A stretch of 64,000 nt of DNA from a virus: IMG/VR virus record IMGVR_UViG_3300010392_000634; one strand, given 5' to 3'. The position numbers and the translations under genes were made by a program. This document shows positions 55,318 through 63,494 of this stretch, one piece after another (the first letter of the stretch is position 1; every line of letters starts with the position of its first letter). Below the pieces are notes generated by a model, which ran no database searches, had not been told where the DNA came from, and was given only the letters and a program-made list of their open reading frames with translations.

Positions 55318-55399
55318 GGAATACTACGCTTGTGGGAAAGTGGGATGGGTTGTAACCCCGTCGTCTCTGACTAAGCGGTTCGATTCCGTATATTCCCAC
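55318..55399 (+). tRNA. tRNA-Tyr (anticodon GTA), class II
   Basis: Acceptor GGGAATA/TATTCCC (perfect), anticodon stem ATGGG/CCCGT with loop TTGTAAC, 12-nt variable arm. Confidence 0.7.
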
Positions 55400-55412
55400 T
55401 TGGAGGTTCAAA

Positions 55413-55636
55413 TGTCAAAATTCTTATTTTTCGATATCTTAGGATATTTAGAAGAGACAGATACTCCAGTACTCAAAAAATGGTTCGACTTCGATAAAGA
55501 AGAAGGACAAATTTTGATTAAAGATTATGTTTTTACCGTAAGACCAAAAGATTCGTATATAATTGGAAAAATTCCACAAACGGACTTGAATTACGACAAC
55601 TACATAACTATAATTGATACAATCAACGAAGGATAA
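55413..55636 (+). CDS. hypothetical protein
   Basis: RBS TTGGAGGTTCAA; start moved downstream of tRNA-Tyr. Confidence 0.45.
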
Positions 55637-55639
55637 AAC

Positions 55640-56047
55640 ATGCATTGGCCAAAACTATTTTTCAAACGTGCAGACGGTGGTGAAAAATCTGGTGTAACTG
55701 GTTATATGTTGATTGAATGGAAGTCAGTTTTCTCAATTGGGCTGTTACATTTTAAAGAAGGCTCACGAGAAGCATTTCATACACACGCATTCAATGCTAT
55801 TACTTGGTGGCTTAAAGGTCTTGTTGTAGAAGTACACGCTAATGCGGATAATATACTTGACAAATTCAAATTATTTCGTCCGTCATTAAAACCAAAATTT
55901 ACAAGTAGAGACTGCTATCATAAAATTATAGCATACACAGATACTTGGGCCTTAACTTTTCGAGGACCGTGGAAAAACGAATGGAAAGAGTTAAGACCTG
56001 ACGGTGAAGTAGTTTTAACTCATGGAAGAAAAATTCAGTCTCTATAA
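55640..56047 (+). CDS. hypothetical protein
   Basis: 135-aa ORF. Confidence 0.5.
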   Translation: MHWPKLFFKRADGGEKSGVTGYMLIEWKSVFSIGLLHFKEGSREAFHTHAFNAITWWLKGLVVEVHANADNILDKFKLFRPSLKPKFTSRDCYHKIIAYTDTWALTFRGPWKNEWKELRPDGEVVLTHGRKIQSL

Positions 56048-56170
56048 ATAATATCAACTTGAGAGTATAACAGATTCATGACTGGCCGTAGTTGAGAACA
56101 TAAGAAACGCTACGAGCAAGTTGGTAACTGAAACCGTGGGAGGCAGCGGTATACAAACAGCCTTATATGA

Positions 56171-56243
56171 GGGCTGGCATGTACCAAGGGGGCGAGAAAT
56201 ACTTGCAATATTTCTGTGACGAGTTCGATTCTCGTTCGGTCCA
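56171..56243 (+). tRNA. tRNA-Ala (anticodon TGC)
   Basis: Acceptor GGGCTGG/TCGGTCC includes the G3-U70 alanine identity pair; anticodon stem AAATA/TATTT with loop CTTGCAA; T-arm ACGAG-TTCGATT-CTCGT; irregular D-arm. Confidence 0.6.
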
Positions 56244-56246
56244 TTT

Positions 56247-56771
56247 ATGATATATTATATAGAAAAATCTGGTAGAAAACGAAAAGGAATAGAGAAGACA
56301 TGTCCTGTATGTCATAATTTGTTTGTAACTAGACTAGACCAACAAGGAACATATTGTTCTAAACAGTGCTGTTCTGATAGTCGTAAGAATAAGGTACAAT
56401 TACAATGTGACTGCTGTGATAAATTGTTTTACAGACATCCTAGTGCTTTATCTTGTTCAAAAAGCGGGTTTTATTTTTGTTCTAGGGAATGTAAGGACAA
56501 ATCACAAAGACTTGGTGGTATTGAAGAAATTATGCCGAGTCACTACGGTTCATTCCAAGGTAGAAAATCAGCTATATATCGTAGAACATATAAAGAGCTG
56601 AATAATATAGAAATACTATCATGTATTCGCTGCGGATATTCTGAATTTGAATCTGCTGTAGACATCCATCATATTGATGAAAATTGTAATAACAACTCAA
56701 TAGAAAACTTAACTGCCTTATGTGCGTGTTGTCATAGGGGATTACATTATAGGCTGTGGGAATTACAATGA
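56247..56771 (+). CDS. HNH homing endonuclease
   Basis: CPVCHN ... zinc finger; HHIDENCNNNSIENLTALCACCHRGLH HNH motif. Confidence 0.65.
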   Translation: MIYYIEKSGRKRKGIEKTCPVCHNLFVTRLDQQGTYCSKQCCSDSRKNKVQLQCDCCDKLFYRHPSALSCSKSGFYFCSRECKDKSQRLGGIEEIMPSHYGSFQGRKSAIYRRTYKELNNIEILSCIRCGYSEFESAVDIHHIDENCNNNSIENLTALCACCHRGLHYRLWELQ

Positions 56772-57211
56772 TAGTAGAACCAAAAGAAATTCCATATGTC
56801 AAAATTTTAGATGGACAGACGGTTGGTCTAACAAGCGGTTGTTTTGACTTGCTCCACTTCTATCATTTGAATTATCTATTACGTTGTAAAGCTAGATGCG
56901 ATGTTTTAATCGTAGGCGTCGATGCTGACGACGTAGTCCAAGAAAACAAAGGTAAAGCACCAGCTAATCCTGAATATCACAGAGCAGCAATGTTAGCCGC
57001 ATTAGACTGTGTTGATGTGGTTTTTGTCTTACGAAGTCTTGATGACCTAGTAAAAGCTGGTGACCATGCAGATTTTCTGTTTAAAAATAATCCAACTATT
57101 TACGGACAAGAAGTAGTTGGTACGCAAAGAGCAGAATTGGTAATCGTGCCAGATGTTGAGGAAGTTACTTCAACAACTGCTCTGAAAGATAAAATCAGGA
57201 GAGATACATGA
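56768..57211 (+). CDS. cytidylyltransferase-like nucleotidyltransferase (HxGH family)
   Basis: GCFDLLHFYHLNYL (HxGH-type motif) at the N-terminus. Confidence 0.55.
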   Translation: MIVEPKEIPYVKILDGQTVGLTSGCFDLLHFYHLNYLLRCKARCDVLIVGVDADDVVQENKGKAPANPEYHRAAMLAALDCVDVVFVLRSLDDLVKAGDHADFLFKNNPTIYGQEVVGTQRAELVIVPDVEEVTSTTALKDKIRRDT

Positions 57212-57402
57212 GATTTACACAGCTTAAAAATGGTGAAGGAATTAAACGCGGTGTAATTGATATTATCGGTGCGTTTTCTGGAACCCCAAAAATAATACAG
57301 CATATGCAATTTCACGATGAAAATAATTTTGAGTCGAAAAATGAAGATGCTGAAAATGGAAGAGAGCCGAATATTGGTTTGTCGGACTCGCCTGCTAAGT
57401 GA
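57208..57402 (+). CDS. hypothetical protein (doubtful; 3' end overlaps tRNA-Ser)
   Basis: 64-aa ORF whose last ~45 nt coincide with the tRNA beginning at 57358. Confidence 0.25.
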   Translation: MRFTQLKNGEGIKRGVIDIIGAFSGTPKIIQHMQFHDENNFESKNEDAENGREPNIGLSDSPAK

Positions 57403-57445
57403 GGCCGTAGCAATGCGGTGATGGGTTCAATTCCCTCCTCTTCCG
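57358..57445 (+). tRNA. tRNA-Ser (anticodon GCT), class II
   Basis: Acceptor GGAAGAG/CTCTTCC, anticodon stem CTCGC/GTGAG with loop CTGCTAA, long variable arm. Confidence 0.7.
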
Positions 57446-57607
57446 CTTTAGTCAATCGGTTTCTAACGAGAGAATACGTGGAAGATTGGTCCCATTAGAC
57501 TAACCTGTGTTATCACGATGTTTTAGGTGCTGTGATTTAATGGAATTACTATGCAACACTACATATATAGCACAGGCGTAGCAAAGTCTCTTATTGACTA
57601 CTTATTT

Positions 57608-57694
57608 GGAAGCTATCCTGCTGGATTAGGAGCTTGTTTAGAAAACATGTGGGTCAGAAATGGCCTTGGTCGGGTTCGAGTCCCCCAGCTTCCG
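57608..57694 (+). tRNA. class-II tRNA (Ser/Leu-type), anticodon uncertain (AGA or TAG)
   Basis: Acceptor GGAAGCT/AGCTTCC (perfect), D-arm CCTG..., long variable arm, T-loop TTCGAGT; the anticodon stem has a mismatch. Confidence 0.55.
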
Positions 57695-57702
57695 CTTTTT
57701 AT

Positions 57703-57776
57703 GGTGACTGTAGTGTAATTGGTTAGCACGGGACCTTGTGACGGTTCTAGTGCGGGTTCAAGTCCCGTCGTTCACC
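57703..57776 (+). tRNA. tRNA-His (anticodon GTG) with encoded G-1
   Basis: Extra 5' G pairs with discriminator C; acceptor GTGACTG/CGTTCAC; anticodon stem GGACC/GGTTC with loop TTGTGAC; T-arm GCGGG-TTCAAGT-CCCGT. Confidence 0.7.
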
Positions 57777-57784
57777 CCTTTTTT

Positions 57785-57869
57785 GGAAGTCATCCGGCTG
57801 GATGAGGGTGCTGTCTTGAAAATAGCTGTGTCATTTATGGCATTGTGGGTTCGAGTCCCACGGCTTCCG
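57785..57869 (+). tRNA. tRNA-Ser (anticodon TGA), class II
   Basis: Acceptor GGAAGTC/GGCTTCC, anticodon stem GCTGT/ATAGC with loop CTTGAAA, variable-arm hairpin TGTCAT..ATGGCA. Confidence 0.7.
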
Positions 57870-58135
57870 CTTATGTAAAGTCTATGAGTTAATCCAACCC
57901 GGACAATGATTCGTAGCAAACACTGGAGGATAGGCAGGACGAAAGTGTAAAAGTCCAATGAAGGGCGGTTGTGGCAGTAGCTCCAACTTCCCAGAGGATG
58001 CTGTTTTTTCCCTGCAAAATAGACACCTTCGCTATCCTTCAGGTTTTATACAAGGAAATTAATATGGGCTGTCAATATATCTAGAGTGGTGTATTGATAA
58101 TCACAATAAAATCAAAAAGACATTAGGACAATAAG

Positions 58136-58543
58136 ATGGACAGCTTTGAAACAAACTTTACGATTATGCCAAAAGATGCAAACTATATGTATCCAATGGT
58201 ATTCGGCGGAGCACTTTATTCCGAAATGGATTTATGTGCAGCAAAATGTGTTGATTTGTTTCTAATTCCATCTGAATGTCAGGCTGCTGTAACTCATAAG
58301 TCAAAAGTTGAGTTTATGAAGCCTACATACGTTGGTGATACAATTCACTTGTATGCTAATGTTGTGAGTACAGGTAAAAAATCAGTAGTAGTTTTTGTTT
58401 CAGCTCATAGAAATCGCAGAGGTGAAACGGGGCAAGAAAAAGTAGCAGATGGTGAATTTATTTTTGTGTCAATCGAAAATACTGACGATGTACAAAATAA
58501 GCCAGACCTACTTCCATATAAAGAACATGGATTAAATTTGTGA
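58136..58543 (+). CDS. acyl-CoA thioesterase, hot-dog fold
   Basis: YMYPMVFGGALYSEMD matches the 4HBT-type hot-dog N-terminal motif. Confidence 0.55.
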   Translation: MDSFETNFTIMPKDANYMYPMVFGGALYSEMDLCAAKCVDLFLIPSECQAAVTHKSKVEFMKPTYVGDTIHLYANVVSTGKKSVVVFVSAHRNRRGETGQEKVADGEFIFVSIENTDDVQNKPDLLPYKEHGLNL

Positions 58544-58633
58544 CTTTTTTTTGGATTTTTCATGTTTTTATCTTTACTTTTTGGTCTTTCAATACTATTA
58601 TCTATTGTAACAACACTTTTTAAAAAATAACAT

Positions 58634-58704
58634 GCCGTATTCGTCTATCGGGAGGATACTTGGTTCTCAGCCAAGAGAGAGGGGTTCGATTCCCCTATAC
58701 GGTA
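58634..58704 (+). tRNA. tRNA-Glu-like (anticodon CTC by manual reading)
   Basis: Acceptor GCCGTAT/ATACGGT, Glu-type D-arm GTCTATCGGGAGGA, anticodon stem CTTGG/CCAAG with loop TTCTCAG. Confidence 0.6.
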
Positions 58705-58785
58705 CTTAGGGTAGAGAAGTAGAACTCTTATAAATGATAAGCAGGCGACCTGAAATCGCCGTTCAGCCTAATCGTCCTAAAACAC

Positions 58786-58858
58786 GCCGCATTCGTCTAC
58801 TGGATAGGACACGTAGGTTTTCAACCTATGGACACGGGTTCGAATCCCGTATGCGGTA
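58786..58858 (+). tRNA. tRNA-Glu (anticodon TTC)
   Basis: Acceptor GCCGCAT/ATGCGGT, D-arm GTC-TACTGGATAG-GAC, anticodon stem GTAGG/CCTAT with loop TTTTCAA. Confidence 0.75.
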
Positions 58859-58939
58859 CTTTATAGGATGTTCGTCTAAGCGGGCTATAAACAAGGTAGC
58901 AGTGTTAAAAATATAACATGATTTGCTCCAATCCTACAT

Positions 58940-59012
58940 GGGGTTATAGCTCAAGTGGCAGAGCACCCGTCTCTTAAACGGGAGCGTGTGGGTTCGAGTA
59001 CCACTAGCCCTA
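58940..59012 (+). tRNA. tRNA-Lys (anticodon CTT)
   Basis: Acceptor GGGGTTA/TAGCCCT (same as the Arg-TCT gene), anticodon stem CCCGT/ACGGG with loop CTCTTAA; T-stem has a G-A closing pair. Confidence 0.65.
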
Positions 59013-59018
59013 CTTTTT

Positions 59019-59096
59019 AACTACGGAACTTAATATCAGCGGCTGGTAGCCGGACTGCAAATCTGGTAGTAAGCAGTTCGACTCTGCCTGTAGTTT
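59019..59096 (+). tRNA. tRNA-Cys (anticodon GCA); 5' boundary uncertain
   Basis: Anticodon stem CCGGA/TCTGG with loop CTGCAAA and T-loop TTCGACT, both as in bacterial tRNA-Cys; acceptor AACTACG/TGTAGTT; enlarged D region. Confidence 0.55.
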
Positions 59097-59107
59097 TTGA
59101 GGATTAT

Positions 59108-59314
59108 ATGAGGAAATTCATTAAAGAGGGAACATTCTGGGAAGATGGGGATGGGCTATTGTACAAAGTGATTTGTATAGCAAACTTCGATAATAAATCT
59201 CCCAATTTCCCAGAAACTGTTGTATATGAATCTTTTCCCAAAAATGAAGATTACACATATGCTAATAAAATTGATTACTTTTTAGAAAATATGCAACAAA
59301 TTATTTGGGAATAA
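59108..59314 (+). CDS. hypothetical protein
   Basis: 68-aa ORF between tRNAs. Confidence 0.4.
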   Translation: MRKFIKEGTFWEDGDGLLYKVICIANFDNKSPNFPETVVYESFPKNEDYTYANKIDYFLENMQQIIWE

Positions 59315-59529
59315 GTTTGAAATCTCGCAAAGAAAAAAATATTATCGTTGAAGCAAAATTTAATGTTCCAACAGATAGTACACTCTACTACATATTCAAA
59401 CGAGCAAATATGCTAGGGTGGAGAACATATAAAAGATACGCGAATCTAAGTGCAGCAGAAGAAGCAATCAAAACGTTAAACAAAAATGGTTCAACTGCTC
59501 ACCAAGAATTTCGCATAAAACAGTCGTGA
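59305..59529 (+). CDS. hypothetical protein
   Basis: 74-aa ORF; start uncertain. Confidence 0.35.
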   Translation: MGISLKSRKEKNIIVEAKFNVPTDSTLYYIFKRANMLGWRTYKRYANLSAAEEAIKTLNKNGSTAHQEFRIKQS

Positions 59530-59553
59530 GGTAGGACTTTAAACACCTCTCAT

Positions 59554-59627
59554 GGTCATGAAGCTCAGAAGGGAGTAGCATCCGGTTGTCAACCGGAAGG
59601 TTGCGGGTTCGACCCCCGTGATGACCG
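59554..59627 (+). tRNA. tRNA-Asp (anticodon GTC)
   Basis: Anticodon stem TCCGG/CCGGA (perfect) with loop TTGTCAA; T-arm GCGGG-TTCGACC-CCCGT; acceptor GGTCATG/GATGACC with one mismatch. Confidence 0.65.
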
Positions 59628-59787
59628 CTTGCAATTCGGCAGTGCTCGTTCGTCGCTGTACAGGACAACCTTGCATGGGTTCTGGTAACGGAGGTACGTA
59701 ACGAACTTACCGGGGCACTATGTAGCAAACCTAGCTGTAATTGCAAAGCCCGGCTTTCGACGTAACATTCCGAAAGTCGGGTTACAT

Positions 59788-59859
59788 AGCTCTATAGTGT
59801 AATTGGCAACACAGGTGGTTTTGAGCCATCTATTCTAGGTTCGAGTCCTAGTGGGGCTA
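59788..59859 (+). tRNA. tRNA-Gln (anticodon TTG)
   Basis: Acceptor AGCTCTA/TGGGGCT, D-arm GTG..CAC, anticodon stem GGTGG/CCATC with loop TTTTGAG, T-arm CTAGG-TTCGAGT-CCTAG. Confidence 0.7.
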
Positions 59860-60286
59860 CTTTCTATGTGTAATGAGCACCAGAATTAAAAAAAGTACTC
59901 GCAGAGACCATTATTGTGAAATCTGGGACACGGTCAGGGCTGCGGTTTCGCTCATTTGACGACGAGTCGGTAAAACGTTGACTTCTGGGAACAGACCAGT
60001 TCACGCCGGAACCTTCAGGTAAGTACGTTGTGGTCAATTTTAATACGTTGGGGACTGCCCATCTAAAGCGTTGACTGCTAATTTCGAAAACGTATGGCAG
60101 ATGAGATGGTTATCGCACATGGGTTACATCAACTCTGGTTGGTTCGATTCCAACATCCGGCACTTCTTTTTGTGTTAGCAACAACTGGAATCGGATACTA
60201 GACTCCGACGTTAAACTAAAAATGGAGATTCCCAGCAGTGGGTACGCGAAGCCTTCAATGGTAATGGCTAACACTTCTCTTTTCTT
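59860..60286 (+). other. 427-nt non-coding region with (A)CGTTG direct repeats and a terminal orphan T-arm/acceptor element
   Basis: CGTTG-containing motifs at 59976, 60026, 60046 and 60069. At 60138-60162 sits GTTGG-TTCGATT-CCAAC-ATCCGGC-A, with no matching 5' acceptor within tRNA distance. Confidence 0.3.
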
Positions 60287-60319
60287 ATGCTAGGATGGCT
60301 TCCAATCTATGAGGTTCTT

Positions 60320-62584
60320 ATGAGTAAAATTTTCACTTTAATTCTCGCCCTATCTTTCTTTCCTGCCAGCCTATTCGCAGATATCAATTACAGTTCAATT
60401 TGTAAAGTAGTGGCAAGTACGTCTGATAGAACTCAAGGCGGTACTGGATTTATCTACAATGAAGACAAAGACAATTACTATGTTATGACTAATGGTCATG
60501 TCGTAGAAGGTATGTCAAATACCTACATTTCATTTTATAAGGATAGTTACGTAAGTAATCTTATCCCAACAAAAGTCGTAGCGAAGCAATTCCAGCCAAA
60601 CACAACAAAAGATATTGCTGTTCTGCTACTTGACAAAGAAAAAGCTCCATTTAAGGTTACACCGTTGAAATTATACGATGTCGCTCAAGGTGGAGCTTTA
60701 AAAGTTGGGGACAAGGTTATTGGAGCTGGATATCCAGATGGATACTGGCTACAAGAATGGCAGTCAAGACTCTCACAACGTAAGATTCAAAATGTCCCAA
60801 GTCTAACTACATTAACAATGGGACCTGTTGGTGGACAAAGTGGTTCACCAGTCATGGTCGAAATTGATGGTGAAAACTATGTTGTCGGCATGGTAACATT
60901 CAGATTTGGTGCAGGTATCAAACCTACTGAGTCATTCGGAGGATACATTAACATTGATTATATTAAGTCTGTGCTGAATAACACATCAACAAGAATTGAT
61001 GTAATGCCAGCAAAGGTTGAGTATCACATTAATCCAGAAATTAGACGTGCTGATTCTTATATCCAAACCGTATCTACACAACAAAATGTACAATATTACG
61101 TTTGGGTAAATCAAAGAAATCAAGTAGTAGACTATTATATCTTACCAAATGGTGAGAAGATGCCAAAATTCTACACTGAAGCTGAATTTGGTCAGGCTAA
61201 ACTGCGTCCCGGCGACTCTTTTTTCCCTGCTGAACAACATCCAGTATGTCGTGATGGTAAATTCAAGAGATGGCTACGCCAATTTGGGAACAAATTTCCT
61301 ACTATTGAGATGCATCCACCAAAAGAACCATTCATCAACAAAGACCTTCCACCATTCAATAACGTTCAACCTAAAGATGAGAAGTTGAATTTATGGCCTG
61401 AAGGGTCCCCGTTTGATAAAAAGAATAAGCCTGAAGCCAAGGATGGCGATAAGGCTGCTAATAATGACGTCGAGAAGGCCCCACAGAAGCCAGTAGAGGC
61501 CCCTAAACCAGACCCAAGGATTGCAGAGCTGGAGGCGAAGTTAAAGCACGCACAGGACGAGCAGAAGCGTCTAAAGGATGATACGTTATCTGCTCAGAGA
61601 AAAGTGTGGGAGAAAAAAGAAGCAGAGCTATTAGCTCAGATTGAGGCAGAGAAAAAAAGACAAGCTGAAAAACCAGCCCCGTCTAAGCCTAAGAGTCCCG
61701 GTTTGTTTGCTAGACTGTTCAATAAGGTAAGCGATATTAGTAGTAACGCTATCGGTGGAATAGCAGGCATGTTAGGTTTTTCTCAAGAAGGGGTAATCTT
61801 ATCGTTAATTGGCCTTGTAGGACCATTATTAATCCCCGGAGTCAGACAATTCGCTATTGCAAAAGGTATCAGTCCAGCATTAATCAAAGGTGCTGAATAT
61901 GCTGTACGTTTTGGAAAGTATCTAGTCTCTAAAAAAAACGATAAAGTAGCCAGCAAACCATCTGTAATGGATGATGATGTTTTGTGGGCACCATTTGAGC
62001 CAGATGATATCCCTGTAGAGGAAGATTCTGTCCCAGTACCAGTGACTACGGTTGTAGTAGAAGAAAATTCTGAAAAAAATGAAGAAAAAGAACAAAATAG
62101 TTCGGAATCTCAGCCAGAAGAAAACTATAATCAGACAGAGTTTAACAAAACTGTAGAAGAATTGCAAGACTCAAAGGTCACTGTTCCTCAAAGTATCAAA
62201 GATTATATTGATTTGAGGGTTACTCATGGTGAAAAACTGCAAGAGATGGTGTTAATTGGCCATCTGTATGAAGAAGCGGTTACCAGACTGGGAAAAGGTG
62301 AGCTGACAGACACAAATGGTGGACCATTAGTCAGCCACAAAAGCATCCACAACGCTATTTCTAGATGGGTGCGTGACGAGTACATCAAGAAAATACCATA
62401 TCAAACTTCTCTAAGTGCTGATGCTACAAGTTACTTAACCGCATATCGCGGATGGCTATACCAGCAAGCCGTACAGTTGCTGGAAAATGGAGAGTTCAAC
62501 GTACTCAACCACGCTACTGCAGCACGAGTAATTCAGGAGTGGGTGCAAAACGAGTACTATAAGAAGATTACTAGACATATTTAG
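60320..62584 (+). CDS. secreted trypsin-like serine protease with a long C-terminal extension
   Basis: Signal peptide; His (TNGHVV), Asp (KDIAVL) and Ser (GGQSGSPV) triad motifs; Lys/Glu-rich coiled-coil and a hydrophobic segment; 754 aa from ATG 60320. Confidence 0.6.
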   Translation: MSKIFTLILALSFFPASLFADINYSSICKVVASTSDRTQGGTGFIYNEDKDNYYVMTNGHVVEGMSNTYISFYKDSYVSNLIPTKVVAKQFQPNTTKDIAVLLLDKEKAPFKVTPLKLYDVAQGGALKVGDKVIGAGYPDGYWLQEWQSRLSQRKIQNVPSLTTLTMGPVGGQSGSPVMVEIDGENYVVGMVTFRFGAGIKPTESFGGYINIDYIKSVLNNTSTRIDVMPAKVEYHINPEIRRADSYIQTVSTQQNVQYYVWVNQRNQVVDYYILPNGEKMPKFYTEAEFGQAKLRPGDSFFPAEQHPVCRDGKFKRWLRQFGNKFPTIEMHPPKEPFINKDLPPFNNVQPKDEKLNLWPEGSPFDKKNKPEAKDGDKAANNDVEKAPQKPVEAPKPDPRIAELEAKLKHAQDEQKRLKDDTLSAQRKVWEKKEAELLAQIEAEKKRQAEKPAPSKPKSPGLFARLFNKVSDISSNAIGGIAGMLGFSQEGVILSLIGLVGPLLIPGVRQFAIAKGISPALIKGAEYAVRFGKYLVSKKNDKVASKPSVMDDDVLWAPFEPDDIPVEEDSVPVPVTTVVVEENSEKNEEKEQNSSESQPEENYNQTEFNKTVEELQDSKVTVPQSIKDYIDLRVTHGEKLQEMVLIGHLYEEAVTRLGKGELTDTNGGPLVSHKSIHNAISRWVRDEYIKKIPYQTSLSADATSYLTAYRGWLYQQAVQLLENGEFNVLNHATAARVIQEWVQNEYYKKITRHI

Positions 62585-62593
62585 GAGTAATTC

Positions 62594-63232
62594 ATGCCTA
62601 ACACATTTCGCGGGTATCAACCCGAAACAAACAATCGTGGAATTTACGCTCTTTGCGAAGAGATTATTAACTTCCGTAAGCAATTAACTGTTCGTGATGA
62701 GATTAAGTCACACAGTGGATGGAGTGATTCTCTGAATCACTTCATGATTGGGCGTCTTGAGCGTATCGCTGACACACTGGAGAGTGTAACTTACATGCCA
62801 GCACCTAAGACTCAAGAAGAACTTGAGGCAGACGCTGCTGACACAACACGTACACTTCTAGAAGACTATGACGTCTACTCAGTGAATACTGATAACGTTC
62901 TACTTCCTGCAGGTCGTTCAATTCCTTTCCGTTGGCAACTTGACGGTAGTGACCCGGACATTCCTCAGTTAACTACTGCGAACTGTCCTAATGACTGGAT
63001 GTTCAATTTCATTACTGACTTGGACTCCATCTTCACAGACATCACTCGTCTGGATTCACGTTCACAATCCAGCACAATCACAAAGTATGAGTCTGTAATG
63101 ATTCGTGCTAGACTGAATGAGCTGATTGCAATCACACAGCGTAAAGGTGGAGAGGTTAACCGGAATGACGTACCTACTGGTACTCTTCCTTCACAGGAAC
63201 CCGGAACACTCGAAGACACGCCACAGGCGTAA
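62594..63232 (+). CDS. hypothetical protein
   Basis: 212-aa ORF followed by a terminator. Confidence 0.5.
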   Translation: MPNTFRGYQPETNNRGIYALCEEIINFRKQLTVRDEIKSHSGWSDSLNHFMIGRLERIADTLESVTYMPAPKTQEELEADAADTTRTLLEDYDVYSVNTDNVLLPAGRSIPFRWQLDGSDPDIPQLTTANCPNDWMFNFITDLDSIFTDITRLDSRSQSSTITKYESVMIRARLNELIAITQRKGGEVNRNDVPTGTLPSQEPGTLEDTPQA

Positions 63233-63248
63233 TAGTCGTTTGACTAAC

Positions 63249-63283
63249 AACCCGTTATACTTAAAACCTATAACGGGTTTTTT
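63249..63283 (+). terminator. rho-independent terminator
   Basis: AACCCGTTATA-(9-nt loop)-TATAACGGGTT followed by TTTTT. Confidence 0.65.
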
Positions 63284-63295
63284 AATCACTAATAG

Positions 63296-63487
63296 GTGAA
63301 TATGCATACTGAAATATGTAAATTTTGTTCGTCTGTGAATTACATTTATGATGTACCAACAGATGGTTTTTTGTGTTGGAACTGTAATCATGGTAACTTG
63401 TCTTTTGATTTGGAATTAGAAGTAGGAGTTTACCATCTCAGTCCAATATTGTCGATTGGACAATCGTGTCCAGAGTTAGAGGAGTAG
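63296..63487 (+). CDS. small Cys-rich zinc-finger-like protein
   Basis: CKFC ... CWNC motif; 63 aa. Confidence 0.4.
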   Translation: MNMHTEICKFCSSVNYIYDVPTDGFLCWNCNHGNLSFDLELEVGVYHLSPILSIGQSCPELEE

Positions 63488-63494
63488 GTAAGTA

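Noticed and set aside
60005-60162. tRNA with a ~90-nt intron (5' GCCGGAA at 60005 pairing with the 3' acceptor at 60155-60161)
   Set aside because: The putative 5' exon has no D-arm (TTCA has no partner), one acceptor pair is mismatched, and the insert is too short for a group I intron. It is kept only as an orphan T-arm element.
59860-60286. tmRNA-like gene formed by the terminal T-arm/acceptor and an upstream 5' end
   Set aside because: There is no GGGG ... 5' acceptor, no resume-codon or tag-peptide reading frame, and the region is far shorter than any tmRNA.
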